NCBI GenBank assembly: GCA_050693035.1
Contig: JBOGWB010000076.1
Location: forward strand, 25,069 to 89,068
Direction: 5' to 3'
Source: Actinomycetota bacterium
GTDB lineage: Bacteria > Actinomycetota > UBA4738 > CALAEC01
Length of the DNA stretch: 64,000 nt
Shown piece by piece: positions 27,687 to 37,146 of this stretch (the stretch's first letter is position 1; the number at the start of each line of letters is the position of its first letter). A program made the position numbers and the translations under genes. Below the pieces are notes generated by a model, which was not told the origin of the DNA, made no database searches, and worked only from the letters and a program-made list of their open reading frames with translations.

Positions 27687-28024
27687 CCAGAGCCTCCCGA
27701 CCTGGTCGTTGGTGGGTCCCAACCCCAGAGCCCGAAGGCCTGTCCTTCGGCAGCTCGGCCACCTGCGCCCGGAGGCGGAGAGGCCCGGAGCTTTGCGTCG
27801 CGCCGTTTCCGACGGTTTGCCGTTTCGGGACCGCACGCTCTTCCGTTGTCAGCTTCATCAATCGGCATCGGGCCTATCAGCCTTTAGCCCGAACGGCCTA
27901 CACTCATGGGGCATGAGGTAGTCATGTTGGGCCTGCTGGCGTGGTCAACTAGGGTGGAGAGAGCGGTCCGTGATTCAAGTGTTCGTCACCGTTGCGGTAG
28001 TGTCCTGAGTATTCCCTGAGCGGA

Positions 28025-29032
28025 ATGGCGACCCTAAGACAGGACCCCACCACCAAGGAGTGGATCATCCTGGCGCCGCGTCGAGCGGAGCGGCCGGCGG
28101 CCTATGGTTCCTTTTCCCGGGGCCCCCTCCCCGAGCGAGACGACCGGTGCCCGTTCTGTCCCGGAAACGAGCACATGACTCCTCCCGAGATCACCCGGGT
28201 GGGCGCCGAGGACGCCTGGGACCAACGCGTCGTACCGAACCTGTTCCCAGCCCTGGAGCCGGGAGGGAGCCTGGAACGACAGGACGGAGCAGGGCTGTTT
28301 GGGGAGATGGCAGGGGTCGGCTCGCACGAGGTCATCGTGGAGTCCCCCCTCCACGGTGAGCGGATGGACGAGATGTCCCTCGACCGGATGACCCGGCTGA
28401 TCAGGCTGTGGCGGGATCGCTACGTGTTCCTCAAGGCGGATCCGGCCACCAAGGGGGTCATCGTGTTCAAGAACTATGGGGAGCGGGCGGGAACCTCGCT
28501 GGTCCACCCTCATTCGCAGATCGTGGCCACGCCGGTCTTCCCGCCGGAGTCCCTCCGCCGGTACGCCGTGGCCACCCGGTACTACGACGACACCGGACAC
28601 TGCGTGTACGACGACCTCCTCGAGGCGGAGCTCCGCCGGGGGGAGCGCCTGGTCTCCCTCGTGGACGGGTTCGCCGCCGTGGCTCCATTCGCCGCCCGGG
28701 TGCCCTTCGAGACCTGGATCATGCCCCTCCGGCACCAGACGTCGTTCGGCCAGCTTGAGGACGACCTGGTACCCGCGTTCGCAGGGCTCCTGCGCGGGAT
28801 GCTGGGAGCCCTCCGCCGGGTGGGAGGCGATCCGGACTTCAACGTCGTGGTCCTGTCGGCTCCTTCCCACGAGGAGTGGAAGCCTTTCTTCCTCTGGCAC
28901 TTGCGGATACTCCCTCGGCTGGCCACCGCGGCAGGCTTCGAGCTCGGTTCCGGCATGTACATCAACACCGTTTCCCCGGAGGCGTCGGCCCGGTTGCTTC
29001 GAGAGGCCATGGCCGGGGTCCGCTCCGGCTGA
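28025..29032 (+). CDS. galT: Galactose-1-phosphate uridylyltransferase (type 1, HIT family)
   Basis: Zn-binding CPFCPGNEH and HIT-like HPHSQIV motifs; 335 aa. Confidence 0.8.
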   Translation: MATLRQDPTTKEWIILAPRRAERPAAYGSFSRGPLPERDDRCPFCPGNEHMTPPEITRVGAEDAWDQRVVPNLFPALEPGGSLERQDGAGLFGEMAGVGSHEVIVESPLHGERMDEMSLDRMTRLIRLWRDRYVFLKADPATKGVIVFKNYGERAGTSLVHPHSQIVATPVFPPESLRRYAVATRYYDDTGHCVYDDLLEAELRRGERLVSLVDGFAAVAPFAARVPFETWIMPLRHQTSFGQLEDDLVPAFAGLLRGMLGALRRVGGDPDFNVVVLSAPSHEEWKPFFLWHLRILPRLATAAGFELGSGMYINTVSPEASARLLREAMAGVRSG

Positions 29033-29108
29033 CCATCCGGGCCGCTCCCGATCCCCGGCACGGTGCCCTGCTCAAGGCCACCCCGGGCCCGGGTCGATAC
29101 CCGAACAG

Positions 29109-30287
29109 ATGCGCTCCCGAAACCACCGAGCCGTCCGGGCGGCCGTCACGGCGGTTGCTGTGGCGTCGACCCTCCTCCGGGCGGGGCCCGCGACGGCCGC
29201 CTTCTCCGACGTCCCCAGCGGCCACTGGGCGGCGTCGGCCATCTCCTACGTGGCCGAACAGCGGAACTGGATGCGGGACTTCGGCTCCACGGAATTCCGG
29301 CCGGAGGCGCGGCTACAACGACGCCACCTGGCCCGGGCGGTCGTCCGGGCCTTCGCTCGCTCCGAGCCGACGGACCCGAGCATCACCTTCACCGACCTAC
29401 CCTCCGACGATCCGTTCTTCCCGTTCGCCAATGTGGCCGTGAAGCTGGGATGGATGAGCGACTCCGAGGGGGCGTTCCTGCCGAGAGCGGCGGTCACGAA
29501 GATCGACCTCGACCGAGCCCTGGTCAAGGCGCTGGGGCTCACGAAGGAGATCGCCGGGCTTGCCTCCATACGGACCGAGGACGGCTACCGTTTCCGGCGC
29601 CCGAAAGGGTTCGCGGTGCTCGCCCTGGGACTGTCCCTACGACTCCACCACAACCATCCTGGCGGGAGCGAAGGACGGGAGCTGCTTCCGGGGTCGAGGG
29701 TTCGCCGAGCCGACGCCGCGTTCGCGCTTCGACGGGCCCACCGGGTCCGGATGTCGGAGTCGTGGCGCCTCTCGGCAGCGTCGCGCTACCGGGACGTCAC
29801 CCTGCCGGCGATGGGCGAGGCCCGCCGGGCGGCCACCGAGTTCGCCCTGGCCCACGTGGGCTGGCCGTATGTCTACGCCGGCGAGTGGTATCGGAAGACC
29901 CCCGCCGGCTACTGCTGCGGCGCTCAGGTCAGGGGCGGCTTCGACTGCTCGGGGTTCGTGTGGTGGGTTCTCCGGGCGCCCGGCGAGGGCTGGGACAACA
30001 CCGAAGTCCGTCCATACCCCGGCTGGAGGCTCGTCCAACGATCCTCCAGCGACATGGCCAGAGCCACCAGGAACCGCTTGGGATGGCGAGAGACGCGGCC
30101 CATGGACGTGATGTTCTTCGATCCCTCCGGCGGCGACGGCTGGGCGGGAGTGAGCCACGCGGGACTGTTCCTGGGCAACGGTTGGGTCATCGACTCTTCG
30201 AACGGGCAGGGCGGCGTGACCATCAGTTGGGCCGCCGAGGGTTGGCACCGGGACTCGTTCGTGTGGTCGCGGCGGGTCATCAGGTAG
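29109..30287 (+). CDS. Secreted NlpC/P60 (C40) cell-wall peptidase with N-terminal SLH-like repeats
   Basis: Signal peptide (AVTAVAVASTLLRAGPATAA), two SLH-like segments (FSDVPSGHWAASAISYV..., ITFTDLPSDDPFFPFANVAVKLGWM), catalytic Cys motif GGFDCSGFVWWVL. ATG at 29109 within the longer ORF. Confidence 0.7.
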   Translation: MRSRNHRAVRAAVTAVAVASTLLRAGPATAAFSDVPSGHWAASAISYVAEQRNWMRDFGSTEFRPEARLQRRHLARAVVRAFARSEPTDPSITFTDLPSDDPFFPFANVAVKLGWMSDSEGAFLPRAAVTKIDLDRALVKALGLTKEIAGLASIRTEDGYRFRRPKGFAVLALGLSLRLHHNHPGGSEGRELLPGSRVRRADAAFALRRAHRVRMSESWRLSAASRYRDVTLPAMGEARRAATEFALAHVGWPYVYAGEWYRKTPAGYCCGAQVRGGFDCSGFVWWVLRAPGEGWDNTEVRPYPGWRLVQRSSSDMARATRNRLGWRETRPMDVMFFDPSGGDGWAGVSHAGLFLGNGWVIDSSNGQGGVTISWAAEGWHRDSFVWSRRVIR

Positions 30288-30308
30288 CCATCCCCAACGG
30301 GGACCGGC

Positions 30309-30680
30309 CTACTTCTCCCCCAGCACCTGCCTGACCTTCGACAAGAGCTCCCCGATGGGGAACGGGCGGCGCAGCTCCGCGTCCACCGGGACAAGGGCCA
30401 ACTTCCCCGTCTCCCCCTTGCCCGCCATGAACACGATCACCTTGACGTCCTTGAGATCGTCACGAGAACGGATCTTCCGCAGCGTCTCCCATCCGTCCTC
30501 GACGCCGGGAAGCTCGGCGTCGAGGAGCAGGAGGTCGTATCGCCCATCCTCCAGCTTCTCCAGCCCGGCCCTCCCGTCGTGGGCCTCGTCCACCTGGTAA
30601 CCCTCGAGCTGGAGGCGGAGGACCGGCTGGCGCATGTGCTCGGGCCGATGGTCGATGAGCAGGATCTTCTTCTTGGCCAT
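30309..30680 (-). CDS. Single-domain receiver protein (CheY-like), atypical
   Basis: MAKKKILLIDHRPE...YDLLLLDAELPG... receiver fold, but the acid-pocket DD is D-H, and the conserved T/S and K positions look substituted (VIVFMAG, RRPFP). Confidence 0.65.
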   Translation of the reverse strand: MAKKKILLIDHRPEHMRQPVLRLQLEGYQVDEAHDGRAGLEKLEDGRYDLLLLDAELPGVEDGWETLRKIRSRDDLKDVKVIVFMAGKGETGKLALVPVDAELRRPFPIGELLSKVRQVLGEK

Positions 30681-30726
30681 CGGTCGAAGGGTACCCCGTT
30701 ACGCCGACACGCACGCCGCGAGGCGA

Positions 30727-30948
30727 TTACAGCCGGTCGACCTGGATCCCCTGCTCGGCGAGCCACGCCACCGCGTCCGCGATGGCCTCAGTGGTCCCCT
30801 CCACCTCGATGATGACCCACGCCAGCTGGTCGTTGATGTTGGCCCGGCGAAGGTTGGTGACCAGGCCGAAGCGGGTGCCGAGCGTGTAGATGACGGGCTC
30901 CTCAACGAGGCGCTCGGGGAACGTCAGATGGAGCCTGGCGGTCGGCAC
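30727..30948 (-). CDS. Small NIL/ACT-like domain protein
   Basis: ARLHLTFPERLVEEPVIYTLGTRFGLVTNLRRANINDQLAWVIIEVEGTTEAIADAVAWLAEQGIQV resembles the NIL domain of MetN C-termini. Start uncertain (GTG 30948, or TTG 31059 giving 110 aa). Confidence 0.45.
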   Translation of the reverse strand: MPTARLHLTFPERLVEEPVIYTLGTRFGLVTNLRRANINDQLAWVIIEVEGTTEAIADAVAWLAEQGIQVDRL

Positions 30949-31107
30949 GGCGCGATTGTACGGCGGCCCGTGGTTGGCGGGGGGTACGGGGGCGGCCCCC
31001 GCGCTCTGCCCCCAGGCGCGGGGAACCGTCCCCAGATCGAGATACGCGATCCTAGCCAAGGTTTCGACGGAGGAGGCCGGGCTCCTTCCCCAGGGCGAAG
31101 ACCGGTT

Positions 31108-31145
31108 CAGAAAAACGGAGGGGCCGGGTCTCTACCCGGCCCCTC
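31108..31145 (-). terminator. Intrinsic terminator downstream of groEL
   Basis: 12-bp stem GAGGGGCCGGGT / ACCCGGCCCCTC with 4-nt loop at 31118..31145, followed on the minus strand by CGTTTTTCTG. Confidence 0.65.
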
Positions 31146-31168
31146 GCGCGGAGAGTTCCTCGTCGAGC

Positions 31169-32791
31169 CTAGAACTCGTCCATGCCGCCACCGCCGGGCA
31201 TCGGCGGCATCTTCTCCTTCTCGGGCTTCTCCGCCACGACCGCCTCGGTGGTGAGGAACAGCGCCGCGATCGAGGCGGCGTTCTGGAGCGCCGACCGCGT
31301 CACCTTGGTCGCGTCGACGATGCCCGCCTTGAACATGTCGACGTAGTCGCCGCCCGACGCGTCCAGGCCCCAGCCCGGATCCAGGGACCTGACCTTCTCG
31401 ACCACCACGCCACCCTCCAAGCCGGCGTTCACGGCGATCTGCTTGAGGGGATCCTCGAGAGCCTTGCGGACGATCCGGGTCCCCGTGGCCTCGTCACCTT
31501 CGAGGTCCAGCTTGTCCAGGGCCGACTGCGCCGCCAGGAGGGTCACCCCTCCGCCGGGCACGATCCCTTCCTCGACGGCCGCCTTGGTGGTGGACACGGC
31601 GTCCTCGATCCGGTGCTTCTTCTCCTTGAGCTCGACCTCGGTGGCCGCACCGACCTTGATGACGGCGACGCCTCCGGCCAGCTTGGCCAGGCGCTCCTGG
31701 AGCTTCTCCCGGTCGTAGTCGGAATCCGTCTTCTCGATCTCCGCCTTGATCTGGTTGATCCGGCCCTTGATCTCATCCTGAGAGCCCCCGCCCTCGACGA
31801 TCGTGGTCTCGTCCTTGGTGACCACGATCTTGCGAGCCTTGCCCAGCATGTCGAGCTGGGTGCTCTCGAGCTTCAGCCCGACCTCTTCCGAGATGACCTG
31901 CCCGCCGGCGAGGATGGCGATGTCCTGGAGCATCGCCTTCCGGCGGTCGCCGAATCCCGGGGCCTTCACGGCCACGGACTTGAAGGTGCCGCGGATCTTG
32001 TTGACGATCAGCGTGGCCAGGGCCTCCCCCTCCATGTCCTCGGCGATCACCGCCAGAGGCTTGCCCGTCTGCATGACCTTCTCCAGGATGGGAAGGAGGT
32101 CCTTCACCGCGGAGATCTTCTGGTTGGCCAGCAGGACGTAGGGGTCCTCGAGCACGGTCTCCATCCGCTCGGGGTCGGTGACGAAGTACGGGGAGAGGTA
32201 GCCCTTGTCGAATCGCATCCCCTCCACCAGCTCCAGCTCCATGCCGAAGGTCTGCGACTCCTCCACGGTGATGACCCCGTCCTTGCCCACGCGGTCCATG
32301 GCCTCGGCGATCTGCTCGCCGATCTCCGGGTCGCCGGCGGAGATCGCCGCCACCTGCGCGATCTCGTCCTTGCCCCCGATCTCCTTGGCCTGGTTCTTGA
32401 TCGCTTCCACGGCCGCTTCCACGCCCGCCTCGATGCCTCTCTTGAGCGCCATCGGGTTGGCTCCGGCGGCCACGTTGCGGAGACCCTCCTTCACCATGGC
32501 CTGGGCCAGCACGGTGGCCGTGGTGGTGCCGTCGCCGGCGACGTCGTCGGTCTTCTTGGCGACCTCCTTCACCAGCTCGGCCCCCACCTTCTCCAGGGGA
32601 TCCTCGAGCTCGATCTCCTTGGCGATGGAGACGCCGTCGTTCGTGATCGTGGGGGCGCCCCACTTCTTCTCCAGGACCACGTTCCGGCCCTTCGGTCCCA
32701 GGGTGATCCGGACCGCGTTCGCCAGCTGGTCCATCCCCCGCTCCAGGGCCCGGCGGGCTTCCGCCTCGAAGCTAATTATCTTGGCCGCCAT
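31169..32791 (-). CDS. groEL: Chaperonin GroEL (60 kDa), standalone (no adjacent groES)
   Basis: [65 protein letters not shown]...; C-terminal GGM-type tail ([13 protein letters not shown]); GGAGGG RBS. Confidence 0.97.
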   Translation of the reverse strand: MAAKIISFEAEARRALERGMDQLANAVRITLGPKGRNVVLEKKWGAPTITNDGVSIAKEIELEDPLEKVGAELVKEVAKKTDDVAGDGTTTATVLAQAMVKEGLRNVAAGANPMALKRGIEAGVEAAVEAIKNQAKEIGGKDEIAQVAAISAGDPEIGEQIAEAMDRVGKDGVITVEESQTFGMELELVEGMRFDKGYLSPYFVTDPERMETVLEDPYVLLANQKISAVKDLLPILEKVMQTGKPLAVIAEDMEGEALATLIVNKIRGTFKSVAVKAPGFGDRRKAMLQDIAILAGGQVISEEVGLKLESTQLDMLGKARKIVVTKDETTIVEGGGSQDEIKGRINQIKAEIEKTDSDYDREKLQERLAKLAGGVAVIKVGAATEVELKEKKHRIEDAVSTTKAAVEEGIVPGGGVTLLAAQSALDKLDLEGDEATGTRIVRKALEDPLKQIAVNAGLEGGVVVEKVRSLDPGWGLDASGGDYVDMFKAGIVDATKVTRSALQNAASIAALFLTTEAVVAEKPEKEKMPPMPGGGGMDEF

Positions 32792-32826
32792 ACGCTCCCT
32801 CCGTCTCTGATCCGACTCACGGTTAC

Positions 32827-32853
32827 TAGCACTCTCGACCCGAGACTGCTAAC
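32827..32853 (-). promoter_or_regulatory. CIRCE-like HrcA operator upstream of groEL
   Basis: On the groEL strand: TTAGCAGTC-N9-GAGTGCTAG versus consensus TTAGCACTC-N9-GAGTGCTAA (2 mismatches), about 36 bp upstream of the start codon. Confidence 0.65.
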
Positions 32854-33070
32854 AGATTGTATAGCGACCGGGGCAGGGTGACGCAAGGGGCGGAGGTCGC
32901 CTCTGCCCGGCCACAACTGCTCCATTTCTGCCGCAAATATGGCTTATGCCGGGACTGTACCGCGGAGATGCTTGCTAACTCCCCCCGAACCCCCCACGAT
33001 TGTGCCTAGGGGCCGTGCCTGTGCGGCCTGACAGAAGGTACACGGGCCGCGGGCCCGAAAGGAGGTAGGG

Positions 33071-33217
33071 ATGGCCCAGTACGAAGCGTACTGCGTCAAG
33101 GATCGGAAGAAGGTTCAGTTCGAGGGCGAGGTGGTCACGCTCAAGAACGGTCGGAAGGCCGCCAAGGGCAAGTGCCCGGACTGCGGGACGACCGTGATGC
33201 GGATCCTGGGCAAGTAG
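33071..33217 (+). CDS. Small conserved Cys-containing protein (48 aa; zinc-ribbon-like, DUF5679-like)
   Basis: Not in ORF track (below 60 aa). Strong RBS GAAAGGAGGTAGGG before ATG; MAQYEAYCVKDRKKVQFEGEVVTLKNGRKAAKGKCPDCGTTVMRILGK. Resembles a small actinobacterial protein family I recall with C..C...CPxCG architecture. Confidence 0.55.
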   Translation: MAQYEAYCVKDRKKVQFEGEVVTLKNGRKAAKGKCPDCGTTVMRILGK

Positions 33218-33235
33218 CCCGGTTCCGAGCTCGCG

Positions 33236-33718
33236 CTACGCCTCTTCGGAGGCTGCGGGCTCGGCCTCCTCGTCTGAGAACGGTTCCACCAGGTCGAGGA
33301 GCTCCGCTCTCAGGAGCTCGGCCATACGGCGCTCCCGGAGCTCCTCCCTGGGGGACAGTAGGACCTCCTGCACCTTGACCACCAGCATCTCCGGGTCGAA
33401 GGGCTTCGACTGGTATCCGTCGACGCCCATCTCCCAGCCCCGGATGATCTCCTCCTCGTCGCTCGCGTCGGAGAGCACCAGGACCTTGGTCGAATCGCGC
33501 AGACCGGAGCGGTTCATCTCCTGGAGGACGTCCCAGCCGGAGGCGGGGCCGAGCACCAGGTCCAGAAGGACGAGCTCGTAGGCTCCCTCACGCTCGCGCA
33601 GGGCACGGAGAGCCTCATCGGCCGACGCCACCTCGGTAACGTCATACCCGTAGGTGGTGAGGGCGGAGGCCACCTGAGCCCGAACTTCGGGCTCGTCCTC
33701 GACGACGAGGATCTCCAT
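33236..33718 (-). CDS. Single-domain response-regulator receiver protein with acidic C-terminal tail
   Basis: MEILVVEDEPEVRAQ...YELVLLDLVLGPASG...KVLVLSD...SKPFD: canonical D/D/S/K receiver residues; ATG at 33718. Confidence 0.75.
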   Translation of the reverse strand: MEILVVEDEPEVRAQVASALTTYGYDVTEVASADEALRALREREGAYELVLLDLVLGPASGWDVLQEMNRSGLRDSTKVLVLSDASDEEEIIRGWEMGVDGYQSKPFDPEMLVVKVQEVLLSPREELRERRMAELLRAELLDLVEPFSDEEAEPAASEEA

Positions 33719-33763
33719 CCACAGCCAGGTATCGGCGCGCCCGGGTGAGAGATTGAGGCCCAA

Positions 33764-34240
33764 CTAGTTGGCGCCGGCCGGGCGAAGGAGGTCCTCCGGG
33801 GACCACATGGGGTTGTCCGGAGCAAGCCGCCGGTGCCTGAGGGCCAGGGCGGCCACGGTCGTGCGCTCGAAGACATCCCGGACGGCCGAGTGGACGTCCA
33901 CCCACAGCTCTTGGAGGCCGCAACGCCCGTCCTGAAAGCACGTGTGGTCGGCGGGCTCCAGGCAGTACATGGGGAAGGCGGGTCCCTCCATCACGTCCAC
34001 GATCTCGGAGACCCGGATCGTGGAGGGGTCTCTGGCGAGCCTGCACCCTCCTCCCGCACCGCGGAAGGACTCCACCAGGCCCGCCTTGTGCAGCACGGCG
34101 AGCTGCTGCTCGAGGAATCGGAGAGGGATGCCCTGGGCCTCGGCGATCTCCCGGGCGGGAACACGGCTGGGGCCGTAGCGGAGCGCCAGCTCGACCGTGG
34201 CCCGCAGGGCGTACTCGGTCCTCTGCGAGACCTTCAGCAT
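33764..34240 (-). CDS. Rrf2-family transcriptional regulator (IscR/NsrR-like, putative Fe-S cluster ligands)
   Basis: MLKVSQRTEYALRATVELALRYGP...IPLRFLEQQLAVLHKAGLVESFRGAGGGCRLARDP and C-terminal Cys triad (CLEPADHTCFQDGRC); ATG at 34240. Confidence 0.8.
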   Translation of the reverse strand: MLKVSQRTEYALRATVELALRYGPSRVPAREIAEAQGIPLRFLEQQLAVLHKAGLVESFRGAGGGCRLARDPSTIRVSEIVDVMEGPAFPMYCLEPADHTCFQDGRCGLQELWVDVHSAVRDVFERTTVAALALRHRRLAPDNPMWSPEDLLRPAGAN

Positions 34241-34380
34241 CTGGTCCGCCTTTCTGGTCTCTGGTCGAACGTATCCCTGGCTTCGGGATCCTGTCAACGC
34301 AGCCGGACGCGAGAAATTATACTGCAACGGTCGGATTCCCCCGACGGCGGAGCGGGTCACGCTTCCCTGACGAGGAAGAC

Positions 34381-34857
34381 ATGAGTCGTCCAAACACAGA
34401 TATGGTGGACCCCCGCCTTCCGAGGCTCGGGCAGGCCATCACGGGGATCGCCCTGGGCCTGGCCTTCGTCCTCCTCTGGCCCGTCGTGATCCCCGTCGTG
34501 GCCGCCGTCCTGGCCGGAGCCTCCCTTCTGGGACCGCGGGCGAACCTCTACGCCCACCTGTTCCGGTGGGTGAAGGGCGCGTTCTCCCTGAAGCCCCCGG
34601 CCCACCTGGAGGAGGCCGCTCCCCCACGCTTCTCCAACACCGTGGGATTCGTGTTCACGGCCACGGCCTCGGTCGCCTACTACGCCTTCGGCGCGGAGGC
34701 GGTGGCCTGGACGCTGGCCCTGATCGTCTCGGCCCTGGCGCTGCTGGCCGCGGTGACCGGACTGTGCGTCGGCTGCGAGCTGTACGTCCTGGCCCGCCGC
34801 GTCGCCACCCGTGGGCGCGTGTCTCGCAGGCTCACCGTCCCCGTCTCCGGAAGGTAG
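34381..34857 (+). CDS. DUF4395-like small membrane protein with TM-embedded CxxC
   Basis: 158 aa, 4 predicted TM helices, GLCVGCELY in the last helix; stop overlaps the start of the thioredoxin gene (TAGCGATG). Confidence 0.55.
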   Translation: MSRPNTDMVDPRLPRLGQAITGIALGLAFVLLWPVVIPVVAAVLAGASLLGPRANLYAHLFRWVKGAFSLKPPAHLEEAAPPRFSNTVGFVFTATASVAYYAFGAEAVAWTLALIVSALALLAAVTGLCVGCELYVLARRVATRGRVSRRLTVPVSGR

Positions 34858-34859
34858 CG

Positions 34860-35243
34860 ATGCTGCTCCGGCTGTTGCTCCTGGCCACCGTGGTGGCCAC
34901 CCTGTACGTGGTTTGGGTCCTGTGGCGGCGGCCCCCGGGTCGCCTCCGGAAGCTCGACCTCCCGGGGCTGGGGGTGTGGGGTCCGGCGGTGGTTCAGTTC
35001 ACCACCCCCACCTGCGGACCCTGCAAGGCGGCGGCGCCCTGGCTGGCAAGGGCCGCCGATCGGGCGGGGGTCCGATTCGCAGAAGTGGACCTCAGCGAAC
35101 GGCCGGAGGTGGCTCGTCGGTACGGGATCCGGACCGTGCCCACCATCGTGGTGGCCGGCGAGGAGGGTGAGGTCGTCGGGACCTGGACCGCTCTTCCCGG
35201 CGACGGGGCGCTGGAAGAGGCGGTCCGCCGGGCGGCAACCTAG
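34860..35243 (+). CDS. Membrane-anchored thioredoxin-like protein
   Basis: N-terminal TM (MLLRLLLLATVVATLYVVWVLW) then thioredoxin fold with TPTCGPCKAAAPWL active site. Confidence 0.75.
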   Translation: MLLRLLLLATVVATLYVVWVLWRRPPGRLRKLDLPGLGVWGPAVVQFTTPTCGPCKAAAPWLARAADRAGVRFAEVDLSERPEVARRYGIRTVPTIVVAGEEGEVVGTWTALPGDGALEEAVRRAAT

Positions 35244-35312
35244 CGCCCGCGCCCTCTCTACTTCAGACCGGTCCTCCCCCGTGCACCCGGGTGGCGCGGG
35301 TATCATCGTCCG

Positions 35313-36272
35313 GTGTCCGATTGGTTCGCTCGGCGGACCTTCCACCACTCCCGTTTCGAGGACCTGCGGGCTCTCCTTCGAGCCAAGGAGGCGGGAGGAC
35401 ACACCATCTCCGTCTGCATCCCCACCCTGAACGAGGGAGCCACGATCGGGCCCATCCTTCGGTGCATCCGCGAGGCCCTCATCGAGGAGGTCCCCCTGGT
35501 CGACGAGCTCGCCATCATGGACTCGTCCTCCCAGGACGAGACGGCGAGCGTGGCCCGGGACTGCGGCGCCGACGTGTACCAGGACCGGGACATCCTTCCC
35601 CACCTGGAGCCGCTGGGAGGCAAGGGGGAAGCGCTGTGGAAGAGCCTGTTCGTGATGAAGGGAGACCTCATCGCGTGGTGTGACGCGGACATCGAGAACT
35701 TCGATCCCCCCTTCATCACTGGCGTGCTTGGCCCGCTCCTCACCGATCGGGACGTCGGCTACGTGAAGGCCTTCTACGAGCGGCCGGTGAAGTCCGGCAC
35801 CCAGCTCGTGCCGGGTGAGGGTGGTCGGGTGACCGAGCTCGTGGCCCGTCCGCTGCTGAACACGTTCTGGCCCACGCTCGCTCCCCTCGTCCAGCCCCTC
35901 TCCGGCGAATATGCGGGACGGCGGGCGCTGCTCGAGCAGGTACCGTTCTTCTCGGGCTACGGCGTGGAGATCGGATTGGTCATCGATATCGCCGAGCGCT
36001 TCGGGCTGGATGCATTCGCCCAGGTGGATCTGGGCGACCGGATCCACCGCAACCGAGGCGTGCGAGAGCTGGCCCGGATGGCCTTCGCCATCCTCCACGT
36101 GGTCATCCAGCGTCTGGAGTCCACCGGGCGGCTGGACCTCCGTACCGAGGTGGGGCGGACCCTGTACCAGTTCGTGCGCCCGGATGGAGAGCTGATGTCA
36201 CAGGCGCAGCCGGTCGAGATCGGCGAGCGCCCGCCGGCGGCCTCGCTGCCCGAGTATCGCTCGGACCGGTGA
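35313..36272 (+). CDS. gpgS: Glucosyl-/mannosyl-3-phosphoglycerate synthase (GT81)
   Basis: Strong resemblance to mycobacterial GpgS: ISVCIPTLNEGATIGPIL...GKGEALWKSL...GRVTELVARPLL...QPLSGEYAGRRALL...GYGVEIGLVIDI...HRNR. Confidence 0.8.
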   Translation: MSDWFARRTFHHSRFEDLRALLRAKEAGGHTISVCIPTLNEGATIGPILRCIREALIEEVPLVDELAIMDSSSQDETASVARDCGADVYQDRDILPHLEPLGGKGEALWKSLFVMKGDLIAWCDADIENFDPPFITGVLGPLLTDRDVGYVKAFYERPVKSGTQLVPGEGGRVTELVARPLLNTFWPTLAPLVQPLSGEYAGRRALLEQVPFFSGYGVEIGLVIDIAERFGLDAFAQVDLGDRIHRNRGVRELARMAFAILHVVIQRLESTGRLDLRTEVGRTLYQFVRPDGELMSQAQPVEIGERPPAASLPEYRSDR

Positions 36273-37138
36273 GGACAGCCGCCGAGCGCCTGCCCGAGCT
36301 GGCTCGCCGGCTGGACCTCCGAATCGTGTACGCCGACCTCGACGGCACGCTGCTGGGGCCCGGCGGCTCGCTCTTCGCCAGCCCTGATGGGATCACCATG
36401 CGGGCCGCGGAGGCCGTGGGCGCCCTCCACCGGGCGGGCGTGGCCCTGGTGCCGATCTCCGGTAGGACCGTGCAGCTCGTCCGGGAGGCGGCGCGACTTC
36501 TGGGCTGCCCCAGCTTCATCGCCGAGCTCGGCGGAGTGACCTCCTTCGACGGCGAGATCCTCCACGACCACGGGGCGTTCCGAGGGTCGGGAACGCCGTT
36601 CGAGGCCATGGCCCGCACGGGTGCCGCGGCATTGCTCCTCGAGGCGTTCGCCGGAAGGTTCGAGCCCCACGCGCCGTGGGCCCACATGCCCCGCGAGTGC
36701 AGCATGCTCTTCAGAGGGCAGGTGGACGTCCACGAAGCCGGAGAGCTCCTGGATCGATCCGGCTTCGACTGGCTCTCGTTGCAGGACAACGGGATCATCC
36801 CCCGGCGGATGGCGGGGTCCCAGGAGGATCGGTTCCCGGGACTGGAGGCGGAGGAGGTCCATGCCTACCATCTCGTCCCTCGGGGAGTGAGCAAGGCAGC
36901 CGCCGCGGCGGCGGACCTGTCTCGTCGCGGGCTCGGCCCCGACGCCGCCGTCGGGATCGGGGACTCGCCGGCCGACGCCGAGCTCGCTCATCACGTCGGG
37001 GCGGTGTTCATCGTGGCCAACGGCAGGCGGGCGGTGGAGGCCGGCGGCGCCTGGCCCGACAACGCCTACCTGACGGACGCCCCGTACGGCGAGGGCTTCG
37101 CCGAAGTGGTGTTCGGCTTGCTCGGCTCAGCGACGTAA
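36269..37138 (+). CDS. HAD-IIB (Cof/MpgP-type) phosphatase, probable glucosyl/mannosyl-3-phosphoglycerate phosphatase
   Basis: IVYADLDGTLL (motif I), PISGRT (motif II); start overlaps the gpgS stop (ATGA), implying co-translation. Confidence 0.6.
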   Translation: MRTAAERLPELARRLDLRIVYADLDGTLLGPGGSLFASPDGITMRAAEAVGALHRAGVALVPISGRTVQLVREAARLLGCPSFIAELGGVTSFDGEILHDHGAFRGSGTPFEAMARTGAAALLLEAFAGRFEPHAPWAHMPRECSMLFRGQVDVHEAGELLDRSGFDWLSLQDNGIIPRRMAGSQEDRFPGLEAEEVHAYHLVPRGVSKAAAAAADLSRRGLGPDAAVGIGDSPADAELAHHVGAVFIVANGRRAVEAGGAWPDNAYLTDAPYGEGFAEVVFGLLGSAT

Positions 37139-37146
37139 CGGCCGCG

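Noticed and set aside
28476-29108. 5' part of the 603-aa ORF overlapping galT in another frame
   Set aside because: Only the portion from ATG 29109 (signal peptide onward) is protein-like; the upstream part lies inside galT.
29033-29108. Possible ydaO/c-di-AMP riboswitch ahead of the NlpC/P60 gene
   Set aside because: The intergenic gap is only 76 nt, too short for that aptamer, and no conserved motifs were seen.
30890-32881. 663-aa plus-strand ORF and 296-aa minus-frame ORF across groEL
   Set aside because: groEL on the minus strand is unambiguous; the others are frame shadows.
32792-33235. Searched for a groES gene upstream of groEL
   Set aside because: No GroES-like translation on the groEL strand; the space is occupied by the CIRCE/promoter region and a plus-strand 48-aa gene.
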